Assembly (NCBI RefSeq): GCF_963921235.1
Contig: NC_086100.1
Location: 204,292,001 to 204,356,000, forward strand
Direction: 5' to 3'
From: Mobula hypostoma
Lineage: Eukaryota
DNA: 64,000 bases
The position numbers and the translations under genes are program-made. A model generated the notes under the pieces. The model had not been told where the DNA came from and did not search any database. It worked only from the letters and a program-made list of their open reading frames with translations. Positions 1 through 12,600 of the stretch are shown piece by piece. Position 1 is the stretch's first letter; the number at the start of each line of letters is the position of its first letter.

Positions 1-1370
1 TCTCAGGTATCCATGTGGGTATACTAGGGGTGCTACAGGAACATCGTTGTTGAACAGTTATATCTGTTGAAATGTTGTGTGGCTTCTGGATGAACTTCAT
101 CTTCAACTTTAAGAGGTTTGTATGTGATGCAAGCACAGGCTTTAAGATTGTGCTGTGTTACAATAAGGCCGTCTCCTGTTTCGGCTGTGCTAGTCGAAAT
201 GGGACAATGGCCATTACAATTGCAGAGGTTAAAGATGATGTTAACGTCCTGGATTCATTGAGGGAGCAGTGAAATGATCATTCTCTTAGCGGCGTGCTGG
301 AGGAATTTTGGAAACATCCCATGAAGAGCGTTTTTAGTTTTGGGTGGCTGGGTTCTTATCACGCGAAGAATTTGGCTTTGCTAGATTCTGCAATATATTT
401 CGCTGCAGCTTTCCCGGTAACCGCTCCTTGCTGGTTTTGTTGTTATTTCTTTTCTTTTCAATGACTTAAGTTGATTATAGCACACAAGATCTAATAAAAT
501 CTAAGGATTCTGTTATGTCTGATAGGCTGTTGGCTCATCGGTATGTTAAGAGAAATTATTGTGGTATTTTAACTATTTTTGCAGATGGATCCAAAGATAA
601 TGTTACTGGGAATGTTGGTGAGGCGTTTTTTATGTGCCTAAATTACAGTTAAAGATAAATAAACGACTTTGCAACTATTTATCAGTACCTTTAGCAGAAA
701 TGGTTGCCATCAATACAGGCTTACAGTGTGTGGAGAAAAGTGTTCATAAAAGTTCAGATTCGATTTCTTTTTTTTTGATGAATCTCAGAACAGGTAATTC
801 CAGCAGTAATTCAGATTCACTGTTGGAAGCATCCAACATTATTCCATGTACAAAGTAGTGATTTGCATGCCCTATTGTTTTGGGTCCCTGCATATGTAAG
901 TGCTGAGGGGAGAGAGCAAGCTGACTGTTTAGCTACAAACTCTAATAACATTGCAACAGTGGAATATTAGCTACCAACGCATTTCAACTGTGGATATACA
1001 TCTTTCACTAAGAAAATCAGAAGCTAAGAGGTTAGTAGAGTCAAGAACTGTGGGTTTATGGCATCACTGTTGCGAGAATAGGCACAAGAGGGGACAACAT
1101 TACAGAATACATAAAACTGTTGGGATTAAACGAAAAGGAGGGAAAGCAAGAGGGGGAGAAATTATAGTCAAGGTGTAAACAACTGTGAACTGCCACTTAG
1201 GAAATGGGAATGTGAAAAGGTCGGTAGCGTTAAGAACTATGGGCTCATGGCAAGAATTGTAGGATAAAGGGCATAAAGAGGAACACCTCCTCAGAATACA
1301 CAAAATTGTTGGGTTTATGGGAGAAGTAGCAAAAGCAAGAAGGGAAGGAATTATATTAACACACGTGGAG
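1..1370 (+). mobile_element. Decayed 3' part of an I/Nimb-clade LINE ORF2, including an RNase H domain
   Basis: Broken frames read QAQALRLCC..SPVSAVLVEMGQWPLQLQR, then IFADGSKD (about 575), LAEMVAI, SDSISF, FWVPAYVSAEGREQADCLA (RNase H motifs), then HYRIHKTVG..GEII, as in the I/Nimb C-terminus. Confidence 0.75.
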
Positions 1371-2390
1371 TTGGATCCCGGAGAAGAGACACCGTTGATC
1401 CCTCTGGCTTGAGCTCAGGACGGGGCTTCATTAATGATGCAGGAGCAACGATGTGACCGGATATTTCGCCGCGCTGATCACCTGCTCCCTGAATTTCGAC
1501 TGAGTCACTGTACAGATAAATGTGTTCGTGCAGCAGCTGAAATCCCTCAGCAAATACGCAACGTAGTGAAAGACCCACTCAGAATCTTTGAAAGCGAGTC
1601 CTTTCCCAAAGCCCTGATAATATATAACATTTGCTACGCGCGTCATCCACAGGAGGATGAAGCTGCCAGAGAGGGTGAAGAGTAAAACAACAGACCTCCT
1701 CCTGCTCTCCATCTGCGGGTCACTGCGGTTCTCCCCCTTGCTCTATCACTTCAGCCCTTGACGGACCCGGCTGACTATTAGAATGTGCCGAACCGTCAGA
1801 GTGTTGAGAAGCAGGATCACAGCGAAAGGGAGGAAGGGAGTTAAAACCATATCGATCCAATCATAAACTATCCAGCCAGGGTCAGTGAAATAATTGCTCA
1901 TGGTCTCACAGCCCCACGGTACATTGTCGATGATCACGAATGGTTCCCGCACGAAGTACCGGGGAACGTTTTTCAGACAAAACAGTACGCCGGTTGTTGT
2001 TATAACTACAGCCGCTGTTTTACCGATGCAATATTTTGTTTTCAGCTTCTGACAGCGAATGGCGACAAATCGATCAAAGGTGAAAGTGGCGGTGAACCAG
2101 ACAGAACAGTGAGTGGATGCGTTAGAACATCGATAACACCGCACACAGGGGTGGTGCGCAGAAAGCTCCACCGGAAATAATACCAACTAATTCGATACAT
2201 AATCACCTCGGTTGCAATAGTCAGTAGATCGGCCGCTGCCATGGCCACCAGGTAGCGGGTGGTGCAGGTAGAGAGGCCGCACTTCCCCCGGGACAGGATC
2301 ACGATAGCCACTAAATTCGCTGGAGGGAGAAGAGAGATTAAAAATGGCACAAGGGTTTGCTGAACACATATTCCAGGAACTGACAAGGGG

Positions 2391-4750
2391 TAGAACATAG
2401 TACATAGAATAGTACAGCACAGTACAGGCCCTTCGGCCCACAATGTTGTGCCGACCCTCAAACCCTGCCTCCCATATAAGACCCCACCTTAAATTTCTCC
2501 ATATACCTGTCTAGTAGTCTCTTAAACTTCACTAGTGCATCTGCCTCCACCACTGACTCAGGCAGTGCATTCCACGCACCAACCACTCTCTGAGTAAAAA
2601 ACCTTCCTATAATATCCCCCTTGAACTTCCCACCCCTTACCTTAAAGCCATGTCCTCTTGTATTGAGCAGTGCTGCCTTGGGGAAGAGGCGCTGGCTATC
2701 CACTCTATCTATTCCTCTTATTATCTTGTACACCTCTATCATGTCTCCTCTCATCCTCCTTCTCTCCAAAGAGTAAAGCCCTAGCTCCCTTAATCTCTGA
2801 TCATAATGCGTCCTTTCTAACCCAGGCAGCATCCTGGTAAATCTCAGCTGTACCCTTTCCAATGCTTCCACATCCTTCCTATAGTGAGGTGACCAGAACT
2901 GGACACAGTACTCCAAGTGTGGACTAACCAGAGTTTTATAGAGCTGCATCATTACATCGCGACTCTTAAACTCTATCCCTCGACTTATGAAAGCTAACAC
3001 CCCATAAGCTTTCTTAACTACCCTATCCACCTGTGAGGCAACTTTCAGGGATCTGTTGACATGTACCCCGAGATCCCTCTGCTCCTCCACACTGCCAAGT
3101 ATCCTGCCATTTACTTTGTACTCTGCCTTGGAGTTTGTCCTTCCAAAGTGTACCACCTCACACTTCTCCGGGTTGAACTCCATCTGCCACTTCTCAGCCC
3201 ACTTCTGCATCCTATCAATGTCTCTCTGCAATCTTCGACAATCCTCTACACTATCTACAACACCACCAACCTTTGTGTCGTCTGCAAACTTGCCAACCCA
3301 CCCTTCTACCCCCACATCCAGCTCGTTAATAAAAATCACGAACAGTAGAGGTCCCAGAACAGATCCTTGTGGGACACCACTAGTCACAATCCTCCAATCT
3401 GAATGTACTCCCTCCACCACCACCCTCTGCCTTCTGCAGGCAAGCCAATTCTGAAACCACCTGGCCAAACTTCCCTGGATCCCATGCCTTTTAACTTTCT
3501 GAATAAGCCTACCGTGTGAAACCTTGTCAAATGCCTTACTAAAATCCATATAGATCACATCCACTGCACTACCCTCATCTATATGCCTGGTCACCTCCTC
3601 AAAGAACTCTATCAGGCTTGTTAGACACGATCTGCCCTTCACAAAGCCATGCTGACTGTCCCTGATCAGACCATGATTCTCTAAATGCTTATAGATCCTA
3701 TCTCTAAGAATCTTTTCCAACGGCTTTCCCACCACAGACGTCAGGCTCACTGGTTTATAATTACCCGGACTATCCCTACTACCTTTTTTGAACAAAGGGA
3801 CAACATTCGCCTCCCTTCAATCCTCCGCTACCATTCCCGGAGACAACGAGGACATAAAGATCCTAGCCAGAGTCTCAGCAATCTCTTCTCTCGCCTCGTG
3901 GAGCAGCCTGGGGAATATTCCGTCAGGCCCGGGGACTTATCTGTCCCTAATGTATTTTAACAACTCCAACACCTCCTCTCCCTTAATATCAACATGCTCC
4001 AGAACATCAACCTCACTCATATTGTCCTCACCATCATCAAGTTCCCTCTCATTGGTGAATACCGAGGAGAAGTATTCATTGAGGACCTCGCTCACTTCCA
4101 CAGCCTCCAGGCACATCTTCCCACCTTTATCTCTAATCGGACCTACCTTCACTCCTGTCATCCTTTTTTTTTTCTTCATATAATTGAAGAATGTCTTGGG
4201 ATTTTCCTTTACCCTACTCGCCAATGCCTTCTCATGCCCCCTTCTTGCTCTTCTCAGCCTCCTCTTATGCTCCTTTCGTGCTTCCCTATGTTCCTCGATA
4301 GACTCATCTGATCCTTGTTTCCTAAACCTCATGTACGCTGCCTTCTTTCACCTGACTAGATTTTCCACCTCACCCTGTCACCCATGGTTCCTTCACCCTA
4401 CCATTCTTTATTTTCCTCACCGGGACAAATTTATCCCTAGCATCCCGCAAGAGATCGCTAAACATCGACCACGTGTCCATAGTACATTTCCCTTCAAAAA
4501 CATCATCCCAGTTCACACCCGCAAGCTCTAGCCATCTAGCCTCATAATGTGCCTTTTCCCAATTAAAAATTTTCCTGTCCTCTCTGATTCTATCCTTTTC
4601 CATGATAATGCTAAAGGCCAGGGAGCGGTGGTCACTGTCCCCCAGATGCTCACCGACTGAGAGATCTGTGACCTGACCTGGTTCATTACCTAGTACTCGA
4701 GCTAGTATGGCATTCCCCCAGTCGGCCTGCCCACATACTGTGACAGGAAT
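2391..4750 (-). mobile_element. CR1 LINE, 5'-truncated, inside the GPCR A intron; RT reading frame open
   Basis: ORF 2458-3795 with [34 protein letters not shown]; (TTCTATG)-like 3' tail at about 2391-2412. Confidence 0.95.
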
Positions 4751-5070
4751 CGGGCTTCACCTAAAGATCAGGAGGCTAGAGTGGGTGGACCGCTGCAAAT
4801 CTATTCTTACATTAGAGCCACACTCAGTTTGAAATGCCTTCTTCGGTGTGGAGGTAAGAGGATGATTGTGTAATCGCCGAGATAAATGCTTGATGCAGTA
4901 AATACAAGATTGGGTGCAATTCGCATTCCTGTCCATTGGATTTATCGTGACCGAGCAGGCCTATGGAAGTTTTGCATCTGATGGGGCCGAGAATGGATAC
5001 AGAGGGAAGCAAGACATTTGAATACAGAAGGAACTCACCGTATCCAGCAGCATTCATGAGATTGAACAAG

Positions 5071-5107
5071 CGTTCAACCTTTCGGGCCAAGACCCCTCTT
5101 CAGAACG
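5071..5107 (-). ncRNA. Minimal hammerhead ribozyme-like motif in a Penelope-derived repeat (diverged)
   Basis: - strand CGTT-CTGAAGA-G-GGGTC-TT-GGCCC-GAAA-GG-TT-GAACG. Confidence 0.5.
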
Positions 5108-6309
5108 AAGCATTACGTTAGTTTACGACTGATTTCAGAGCCAAATCGCGAGCAACAGTAATCAGAGGCTTAGAGTCTCTGCTTTACCGAAGTAATTCTT
5201 CAGCGCAGTTCAGTGCAATCACACACGGCAGCAGATCCTTGCGACTGGTTCAGGTGAGCAGTGCCAAATATTGACCAACAGACAGTGGAATCGGAAAATG
5301 ACAGTTGTCATAGGGACACGTGAAACACATTAGCAGGGGTTCACTCTGATCAATAACTCGGAAGCAGTGAACTCCAGAACGTACACCTTCCCTGGGAGCT
5401 GCCTCTCTCCAATATTGGTACAACATAAACGCTTAAAGTTGTTTCCGTCTGGCGGAATTCTAGCAAGATGGTCTCTAAAAGGCAAGAACAACTTTCGAGT
5501 TGATCCCATGAGTTAGAGTAGAGACAGAGGGTTAATTTTATATTAAATATGAAAAATCAGAATTTTGATTTGACAGGATTAATATCTCTGATAAATATTT
5601 GTGCAATAATTATTAAGTTCCAAGCTTGTAAAATGACCATAAACAGGTTCACACCGGTTAATACACAGAAACATCAAACATGAAATGCGCTGATCACTTA
5701 CCAGGAACTCCAATGACGGCAATAAGCACGAGCAATATTTTCTCCACACTGTAGTACCTATCCAACATTGAAGGCATTTTATCTGTTCCGTGATTTGTCT
5801 CCCTGTGCTACAGGCGATCTCTCGGAATGAAATGTAAAGACATCATATGCGTGGTGTTTTGAAATACCATTTGGCGATTCCACAGGGACAGATTTAACAA
5901 ATTTTAAAATAAAGGTTTCTAAAATATTTGCAAACCGATTACGTCAGGCAAGTGCAATTCCTGTGGTGACAGATTGTGGTTAATTTAATGAATTAGTTTT
6001 TTTTTAGACCATTTGTGCGAGTTAGTTTGTCCGAACAAGGGTGTTTGAACCATTTGGTGTGGCTTATCAGTTAAATGTGCTTGTACTGTAAATATGTACT
6101 TCCAAGAAACCAATTGCCAGACACTCAGTATTAAAGTACCTTGTAAAATTATATTGAATCGCTAACTGTTACCATTCTGCTCCAGAGTATAAACTCTTCA
6201 TGTTGTGTCTGTTCGGCGGAACTCTAATGAACTGGTCTCCAAGAAACTGTCTGCTTGAGGTGATGAATAAACATTTTCATATCCAATAAACATTCCAATT
6301 TCCTTAGTG

Positions 6310-6981
6310 ACTTCGTCACAGTCCGTGCATTTGGAGTTCGTCCAGGTCCCGTTCCGAACCGTATGTATGGGTTTTAAACTCAGCAGTCTACAGTGGGAGA
6401 AGACGTCTTAATCAAGTAAACCATGGTTCATATCTTTACAGTTATGCTCTTGGTATTTCATTTAGCAGGTCTTTACGAGCAGTTCGTTCTGCTCTCAGTC
6501 TGTTTGGGATATTGTTGAAGATAAGGGATGCCGAGGAGTGTGTGCCATCCAGTTAAGATGACGGAACTGGGGGAAGGTTTTTGGTGAGGAGCAATGAGGT
6601 TGGTCTTGGAGCTTTTCTTCGGCGGGAGATGAAGGGAGAAGGCGCTGGAAAGAATTGGTCGTAAAATTCGACCCGGTGGGAGACCCGTTTGTTCGAGATG
6701 TATTGCAAGCGACGTACGGAAGGTGGTGCGAGCTTTCACAGTGACCAAAGGCCCAGTGCGTGGGTCACCGAGAACTTCAAGATGAAATCCAAAGTGATCA
6801 AAATTTGATTACTTAATGAAGATGGAGGTCTTTTCTTTTTGTGTTTCTTTATTAACCCTTAAGTTAAGATTCATAAGTGTAGTTTCCTTAATCGTATGCC
6901 GGGTAATGCCTGTTATTTCGTAGCACTAATTTGTAACATGGTAGCAAATTACACAACATCCACACAAAACGGGGTTGGGGT
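6310..6981 (+). mobile_element. Probable 5' LTR/leader of the PNMA-gag Gypsy element, cut by a CR1
   Basis: Non-coding; begins (C)GTCACA; lies directly upstream of the CR1 that separates it from Gypsy gag at about 9560. Confidence 0.4.
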
Positions 6982-9555
6982 TAGAAGCATAGAAAAATAG
7001 AAAACCTACAACACAATACAAGCCCTTCGGCCAACAATGTCGTTTCGAACATATACTTATTTAGAGAGTACCTAGCGTTACCCATAGCCCTCTATTTTTC
7101 CAGGCTCCATGTACCTATCCAGGAGTCTCCTTAAAGACCCTTTGTATCCGCCTCCACCACCGTCTCCGGCAGCCCATACCACGCACTTGCAACTGTATGC
7201 GTTAAAAAAAAACTTACCCGTGACGTCTCTTTTGTTCCTAGTTCCAAACAATTTAAGACCGTGTTCTCTCGTGTTTGCCATTTCAAAACTGAGAAAAAGC
7301 TACTGAATATTCACAGGATCAATGCCTCTCATCATTTTATACACCTCTATCAGATCACCTCACATCAGCCGTCACTTCAAGGAGAAAAGGCCAAGTTCAC
7401 TCAACCTTTTCTCATAAGGCATGCTCCCCAATCCAGGCAACATCCTTGTAAATCTCCTCCGCACCCTTTCTATGGTTTCCACATTGTTGGTATAGTGAGG
7501 CGACCAGAGCTGAGCACAGGACTTCAAATGGGGTCTGACCATGGTCCGATATAGCTGTAACATTACCTCTCTGTTCTTAACATGCGCAGCAGTTTTGAGA
7601 GTCCTTTGGACTTAAAACCCAAGATCCCTCCCATCCTCCGCGCTATCAATAGTCTTATCATTAATACTATATTCTGCCATCTTATTTGACCTACTAAAAT
7701 GAACCACCTCACATTTATCTGGGTTAAACGCCATCTGCCACTTCTCAGCCCAGTTCTTCAACCAATCGATGTTCCCTTGTAACCTCTAACAGCCTTCAGC
7801 ACTATCCACAACACCCCCAACATTTGTATCATCAGTAAATTTAATAATCCATCCCTCCACTTCCTCATTCAGTTAACTTATAAAAATCACGAAGAGAATG
7901 GGTACCAGAACAAATCACTGAGGCACAGCACTGGTCACCGACATCCATGCAGAATATGACCCGTCTACAACCACACTTTGTCTTCTGTGGCCAAGCCAAT
8001 TCCGGATCCACAAAGCAAGAGCTCTTGGATCTCATGTCTCCTTAATTTCTCAGTTAGCCTTGTAAGGGGTACCTTATCAAATGCCTTGCTGAAATCCATA
8101 TACACTACTGCTCTACCTTCATCAATATGTTTAGTCACATCCTCAAAAAAGTTCCATCAGATTCATAAGGCATAACCTGCCTTTGACAAAGCCATGCTGA
8201 CTGTTCCTAATCATATTATGCCTCGTCAAATGTTCATAAATCCTGTCTCTCTGGATCTTTTGCATTAACTTAGCACTGCATTAACACTGCAAAGATCATT
8301 GCCAGAGACTCAGCAATCTCCTCGCTCGCCTCCCACAGTAGCCTGCGGTACATCTCGTCCCGTCCCAGAGACTTATCCAACTTGATACTTTCCAACATCT
8401 CAATCACATCCTTTACCTTAATGTCTATATGCTGAAGCGCTTCAGTCCGCTGTAAGTCATCCCTATCATCGCCAAGATCCTTTTCCGTAGTGAATACTGA
8501 AGTGAAGTATCCATTACGTACCTCTGCTATCTCCTCCGGTTCCATACAAAATTTTGCACTGCCACAAGAATTGGTCCTATTCTCTAATGTCTTATCATCT
8601 TGCTCGTCGCATATTTAAGAATGCCTTGCGGCTTTCCTTAATCCTGCTTGCCAAGGCCTTCTCATGGCCCCTTCAGGCTCTCCTAATTTCATTCTTAAAC
8701 TCCTTCCTGCTTGCCCTGTAATCTTCTACAGCTCTATCATAATCTAGTTTTCTTTTAAAACTTTCCTTTTCTTGACTCTATTTTCAACTGCTTTTGTACA
8801 CCACTGTTCCTGTACCGTACCATCCTTTCCCTGTCACATTTCAACGTACCTCTGCAGAACGCCACGCAAATAACCCCTGAACATTTGCCACATTCCTGCC
8901 GTATATTTGCTTGAGGGCATCTGTTCCCAGTTTATGCTTCCAAGTTCTTGCTTGATAACTTCATATTTCCCTTTAGTCCAATTAAATGCTTTCCAAACTT
9001 ATCTGTACCTATCCCTCTCGAATGCAATGGGAAAGGACATTGAATGGTGATCACTATCTCCAAAATTGCTTTCACTAAGAGAACTGACTGTTGACCTGGT
9101 TCACTGCTCAGTAGCAGATCAAGTACCGCCTCTCCTCCTGTAGGCTTCTCTAAATATTGTGTCAGGAGACTGATTCTGAACACACCTAACAAACTCCACG
9201 CCGTCTAAACCCCTTGCTCTCGGAAATACCAACCAATATTTGGGAAGTTAAAATCTCCAACCACGACATCCCCGCTATTATTACACCTTTCCAGAATCAG
9301 TCTCCCTATCTGCTCCTCGATGTCTCTGTGACTATTGGCTGGTACATAAAACAACACCCAGTGGAGTTATTGACCCTTTCCCGTTTCTAACTTCTATCCA
9401 CAGAGACTAAGTAGACAATCTCTACATGGCTTCCTCCTTTTCTGCAACCGTGAAGCCATCTCTGATCAGCAGTGCCACCATCTCATCTGTTTTGCCTCCC
9501 CCCTTTCCTTTCTGAAACATCTAAAGCCTGGCACTTTAAGTAACCATTCCTGCCC
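6982..9555 (-). mobile_element. Degraded CR1 LINE (endonuclease to RT C-terminus and 3' tail)
   Basis: ORF fragments LLTQYLEKPTGGEAVLDLLL, YFTSVFTTEKD, LYRTMVRPHLKSCAQLWSP; tail near 6985. Confidence 0.9.
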
Positions 9556-9559
9556 ACTT

Positions 9560-12500
9560 GAGCGAAGCTGCAAATCCACGGGCTTGTCGGTGACGAATTT
9601 GCTTGTATTCGGTGGGGTAGACATTCAAAAAGTGGACGAATTGTTATTTCGAACTGTTGGTACTGTTAAAGCAGTCGGCGCAGTTACGATCATGGATTGG
9701 AGGGTTGAGAAATTGTCGGGAACAAACGATGTTTTAGTTTAGACTAGCGCTGAATTAACGGCAGTCAATCTGTCTGTTATTATTAGGGCCCCGGCAGGGA
9801 GGCGTCATGGGCTGTCCATACTTTTCGGCAGGAGGAGAGTGTAGGAAAGGGTAGAAGAATCGGAAGCCGAGTTTCTCATAGCGAGGGGCAGAGACTTCAA
9901 AGACAGGTTGCTCTCGTTTCTGCGGAGAGGTGGAAACGACTGTTCTGATGTGGGAGGACGATTGATTCCTCCAGCTGGAAGTAAGAATTCTGAATTTGAA
10001 CCAGCCCTTCCTTTCCTGGCGAATAAATGGCAAATTACACAAGCGGGTGTGGGGCCCAGTTATGGAAAGCTGAGAATGCACACCCCCGAGGGAGAAGAGT
10101 AGTACGTCTGGGGCGGAGCAGACCTCTCAGACGTTGGATAAGTGGCAGTGCACTGATGACCTAAAAAGACAGCGAATAACTGAAAGTTTCAGTGGGGCGG
10201 CTGTTGACGTACTGAGGTCCGTAAAAGGCAGAGAGACCATTTGTTACCTCTGCAGGCTACAGGCAAGCAAAAGAAAGTGTATTTGGAGCGACGGACAGCC
10301 CAGTGAAGCTGATGACTGGGTTTCATAACATGCTTCAGGAGAAACTTTCCCCCCTCGGTTAGAAGGCAGCTGAGTTACTTGCGGCGAATCGGGGGCAGGG
10401 ACATGCATTCAAAAGGCTGAGGTGAATCAGTTAAGAATGGCACAATTTGCAAAAAACACGCAGTCATCGGACTTGATCGCTTGGGGTCTCCGAATGATCT
10501 GTAAGATGCGCCCTCCCTTTTTTCTTTGAGCTGATCAGAGAAGTAAGAGAGGAGGAGAATGCGATGGACAATCGGGAGTCCTCTGTCAGTAGGGTACAGT
10601 CCTCGGTAATACCACCTTTGGCTGACGTGATAACGGTTAAACAGCCCTGGAGAGTGCTAAAGGAGATTGTGGCAGAGCTTAGGACAAAGATGTCCCGTTG
10701 TTAACAGCGGGTTCTGCCACCCCGCACTAAAGCCGACAGGGTGCCGGACCCCCTGAGGGGAAGGACCGAGCAGAGTGAATGGTGTCCCGCGAGAAGGGAG
10801 CGACCGATATTGTCTGTTATAATTGTGGTGAAGGGGAACACGTCAGGCGGAATTGCGTGAAGTACCGGAAACCCTTGGAGCGTCAGACCCGGATACCTAT
10901 GCAGAAAGACCCAGGGAGGGCCTGGAGTTTGAGAGGGAGCACATTCCCAGCTGTAAATCAAGGAACACCCGAGAGAAAAAAAGTCTATTCCTGGAGGCTT
11001 AGTGGGGCCAAGTTCTAGTGTATCGCTACAGGTGAGGGTATTTATGCTAGAGCCATACTTAACACCGGCTCTCAGATTAACATGATGTTATAACCGGTAT
11101 TTGATGCATTGACCATTGACGGCACTAGGTGCGCTAGAGATCTGGGGACTTAGTACGGATGACAATGTGTATGATGAATAATTGTCATTAAAGTTGGAGT
11201 TTTCGGAGGCAAATGCGGTAGTAGCTGAAGTCCTTGATACAATCGTGTTAGTATGTCGGACCCGATCGAGAAATTCGAACCTTCAATTCTTGAGGGAACG
11301 AATACTCCTATTGTGAGGAAGGAAACAGTTGGAGAGAACTTACAGAAAACCTTGTCCATTCACCTTGTGTACCGAGCTGATTTTGAGGAAGTGCGTGCCC
11401 GCACTGGGCTGGGTGATGAGCATAAAAGAGTGATGTGTGGTACGCCCAGTCCAAACCTGTCGTGTAACGGACTGGGGATGTAGTTAGAGAGACGGGAAAC
11501 CCCAAATTTCCCGGAATGCCTGATGCCGACGCCCTCTTGGTGGATGCGCCGGAAGGCCAGGAAGGGAAGTCATATTTACCTGCTGGGGTACTGGTGAGGC
11601 CCAAACTGCAGAAGCCCTCGGTTGTACAGGTGAGCAGTGTGACAGTGAGTGTCAGTAGCACTTTGAAGCGCGAGGTCACCCTGAGACGTGGGATGCCAAT
11701 GGGGAACCACTTTCTGATTACTGTAATATCTAGTGTCCCCGTGAGGCAAGTCGGGGAGAAACGCTCTGCAAAAAAGTGAAATTGTCTGCCGAGTCATTCA
11801 ACTTTGTGGACTGCCTGGTCCCTGCAAGTTGGAAGACGAGGTTGATGGCGAAGATGCTGAAGCTGAAAGGTGTATTTTCTACTGTTCAAGATCACTCGCC
11901 CCATTATCCGGGTGACAGAAGACCACCGCGCTCACTGGAAGGTCTGGGTGACTGGCCTCTGCAGAGTTTGAGGACGTTTAGCAGCATCTGCGGAAGTTGA
12001 AGGAAGCTGCGATCATGACTGAGCCCAGAAGCCTCTATGCCTTCCTAATAGTGGTGGCCAGGAAGAAGAACGGGAAGTTACGGATGTTTGTGTACTACCT
12101 ATTCCACATTCTCTGACCAGTATACAGTCCCGAGGGTCGGGCACGCTCTGTCCTGCCTGACTGGTGCAAAGTGGTTCAGTGTAGCTTGACTTCAGGAGTG
12201 GGTGAGGCTGACAAAGTGAAGAGGGTCCCTGAGATTGCGAATATCCAGCGTGCCATGGAGAAAACAGAGGGAGATATGAACTGGCTAGAGGTATTGGTGT
12301 ACCCGGATAATCTTATAGTTGTCGTCCGCCTTGGAGGAACATGAAACGAGGCTACTGAAGGTGCTGGGCCACCTGAACTGAAGGGTTAAAATTTTCCCGG
12401 GACGAGTGCCAATTCCGCAAGACATCTGTGAAATATCTTGGGCACATAGTCTCCTGAGATGGAGTAGCTAATAACCGTCTAAGATGGTGGGGGTGGAGGG

Positions 12501-12600
12501 GTGTGGTTTGAGCACATGGCCACACCCCCAGACTCTGAGCTCCCTCCACTCCTCCCTTGGATTTTGTCAGTACCATCGGATAATCGTGAATGACAACTGC
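9560..12600 (+). mobile_element. Degraded Ty3/Gypsy internal region with PNMA-type gag, protease and RT
   Basis: YGKLRMHTPEGEE*..WQCTDDLKRQRITES (PNMA-like); zinc knuckle CYNCGEGEHVRRNC at about 10815; protease AILNTGSQI at about 11051; RT IVVARKKNGKLRMFVYY and YPDNLIV. Confidence 0.8.

Larger units (their letters stand above)
1431..5777 (-). pseudogene. GPR139-like rhodopsin-class GPCR pseudogene, copy A (exon 1 5702-5777, exon 2 1431-2319)
   Basis: Exon 1 MPSMLDRYYSVEKILLVLIAVIGVP-G|GTAAGT; phase-1 intron ending TCCCTCCAG; exon 2 ANLVAIVILSRGKCGLSTCTTRYLVAMAAADLL..CSVWFTATFTFDRFVAI..PFLPFAVILLLN..SRRRSVVLLFTLSGSF..SCCTNTFI. Frameshift near 2125 and TGA-TAG at 1743-1748. Confidence 0.88.

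Noticed and set aside
2458..3795. Functional reverse transcriptase gene (also 42422-43951)
   Set aside because: These are 5'-truncated CR1 copies with broken upstream frames and no ORF1 or promoter; not autonomous, and no sign of domestication.
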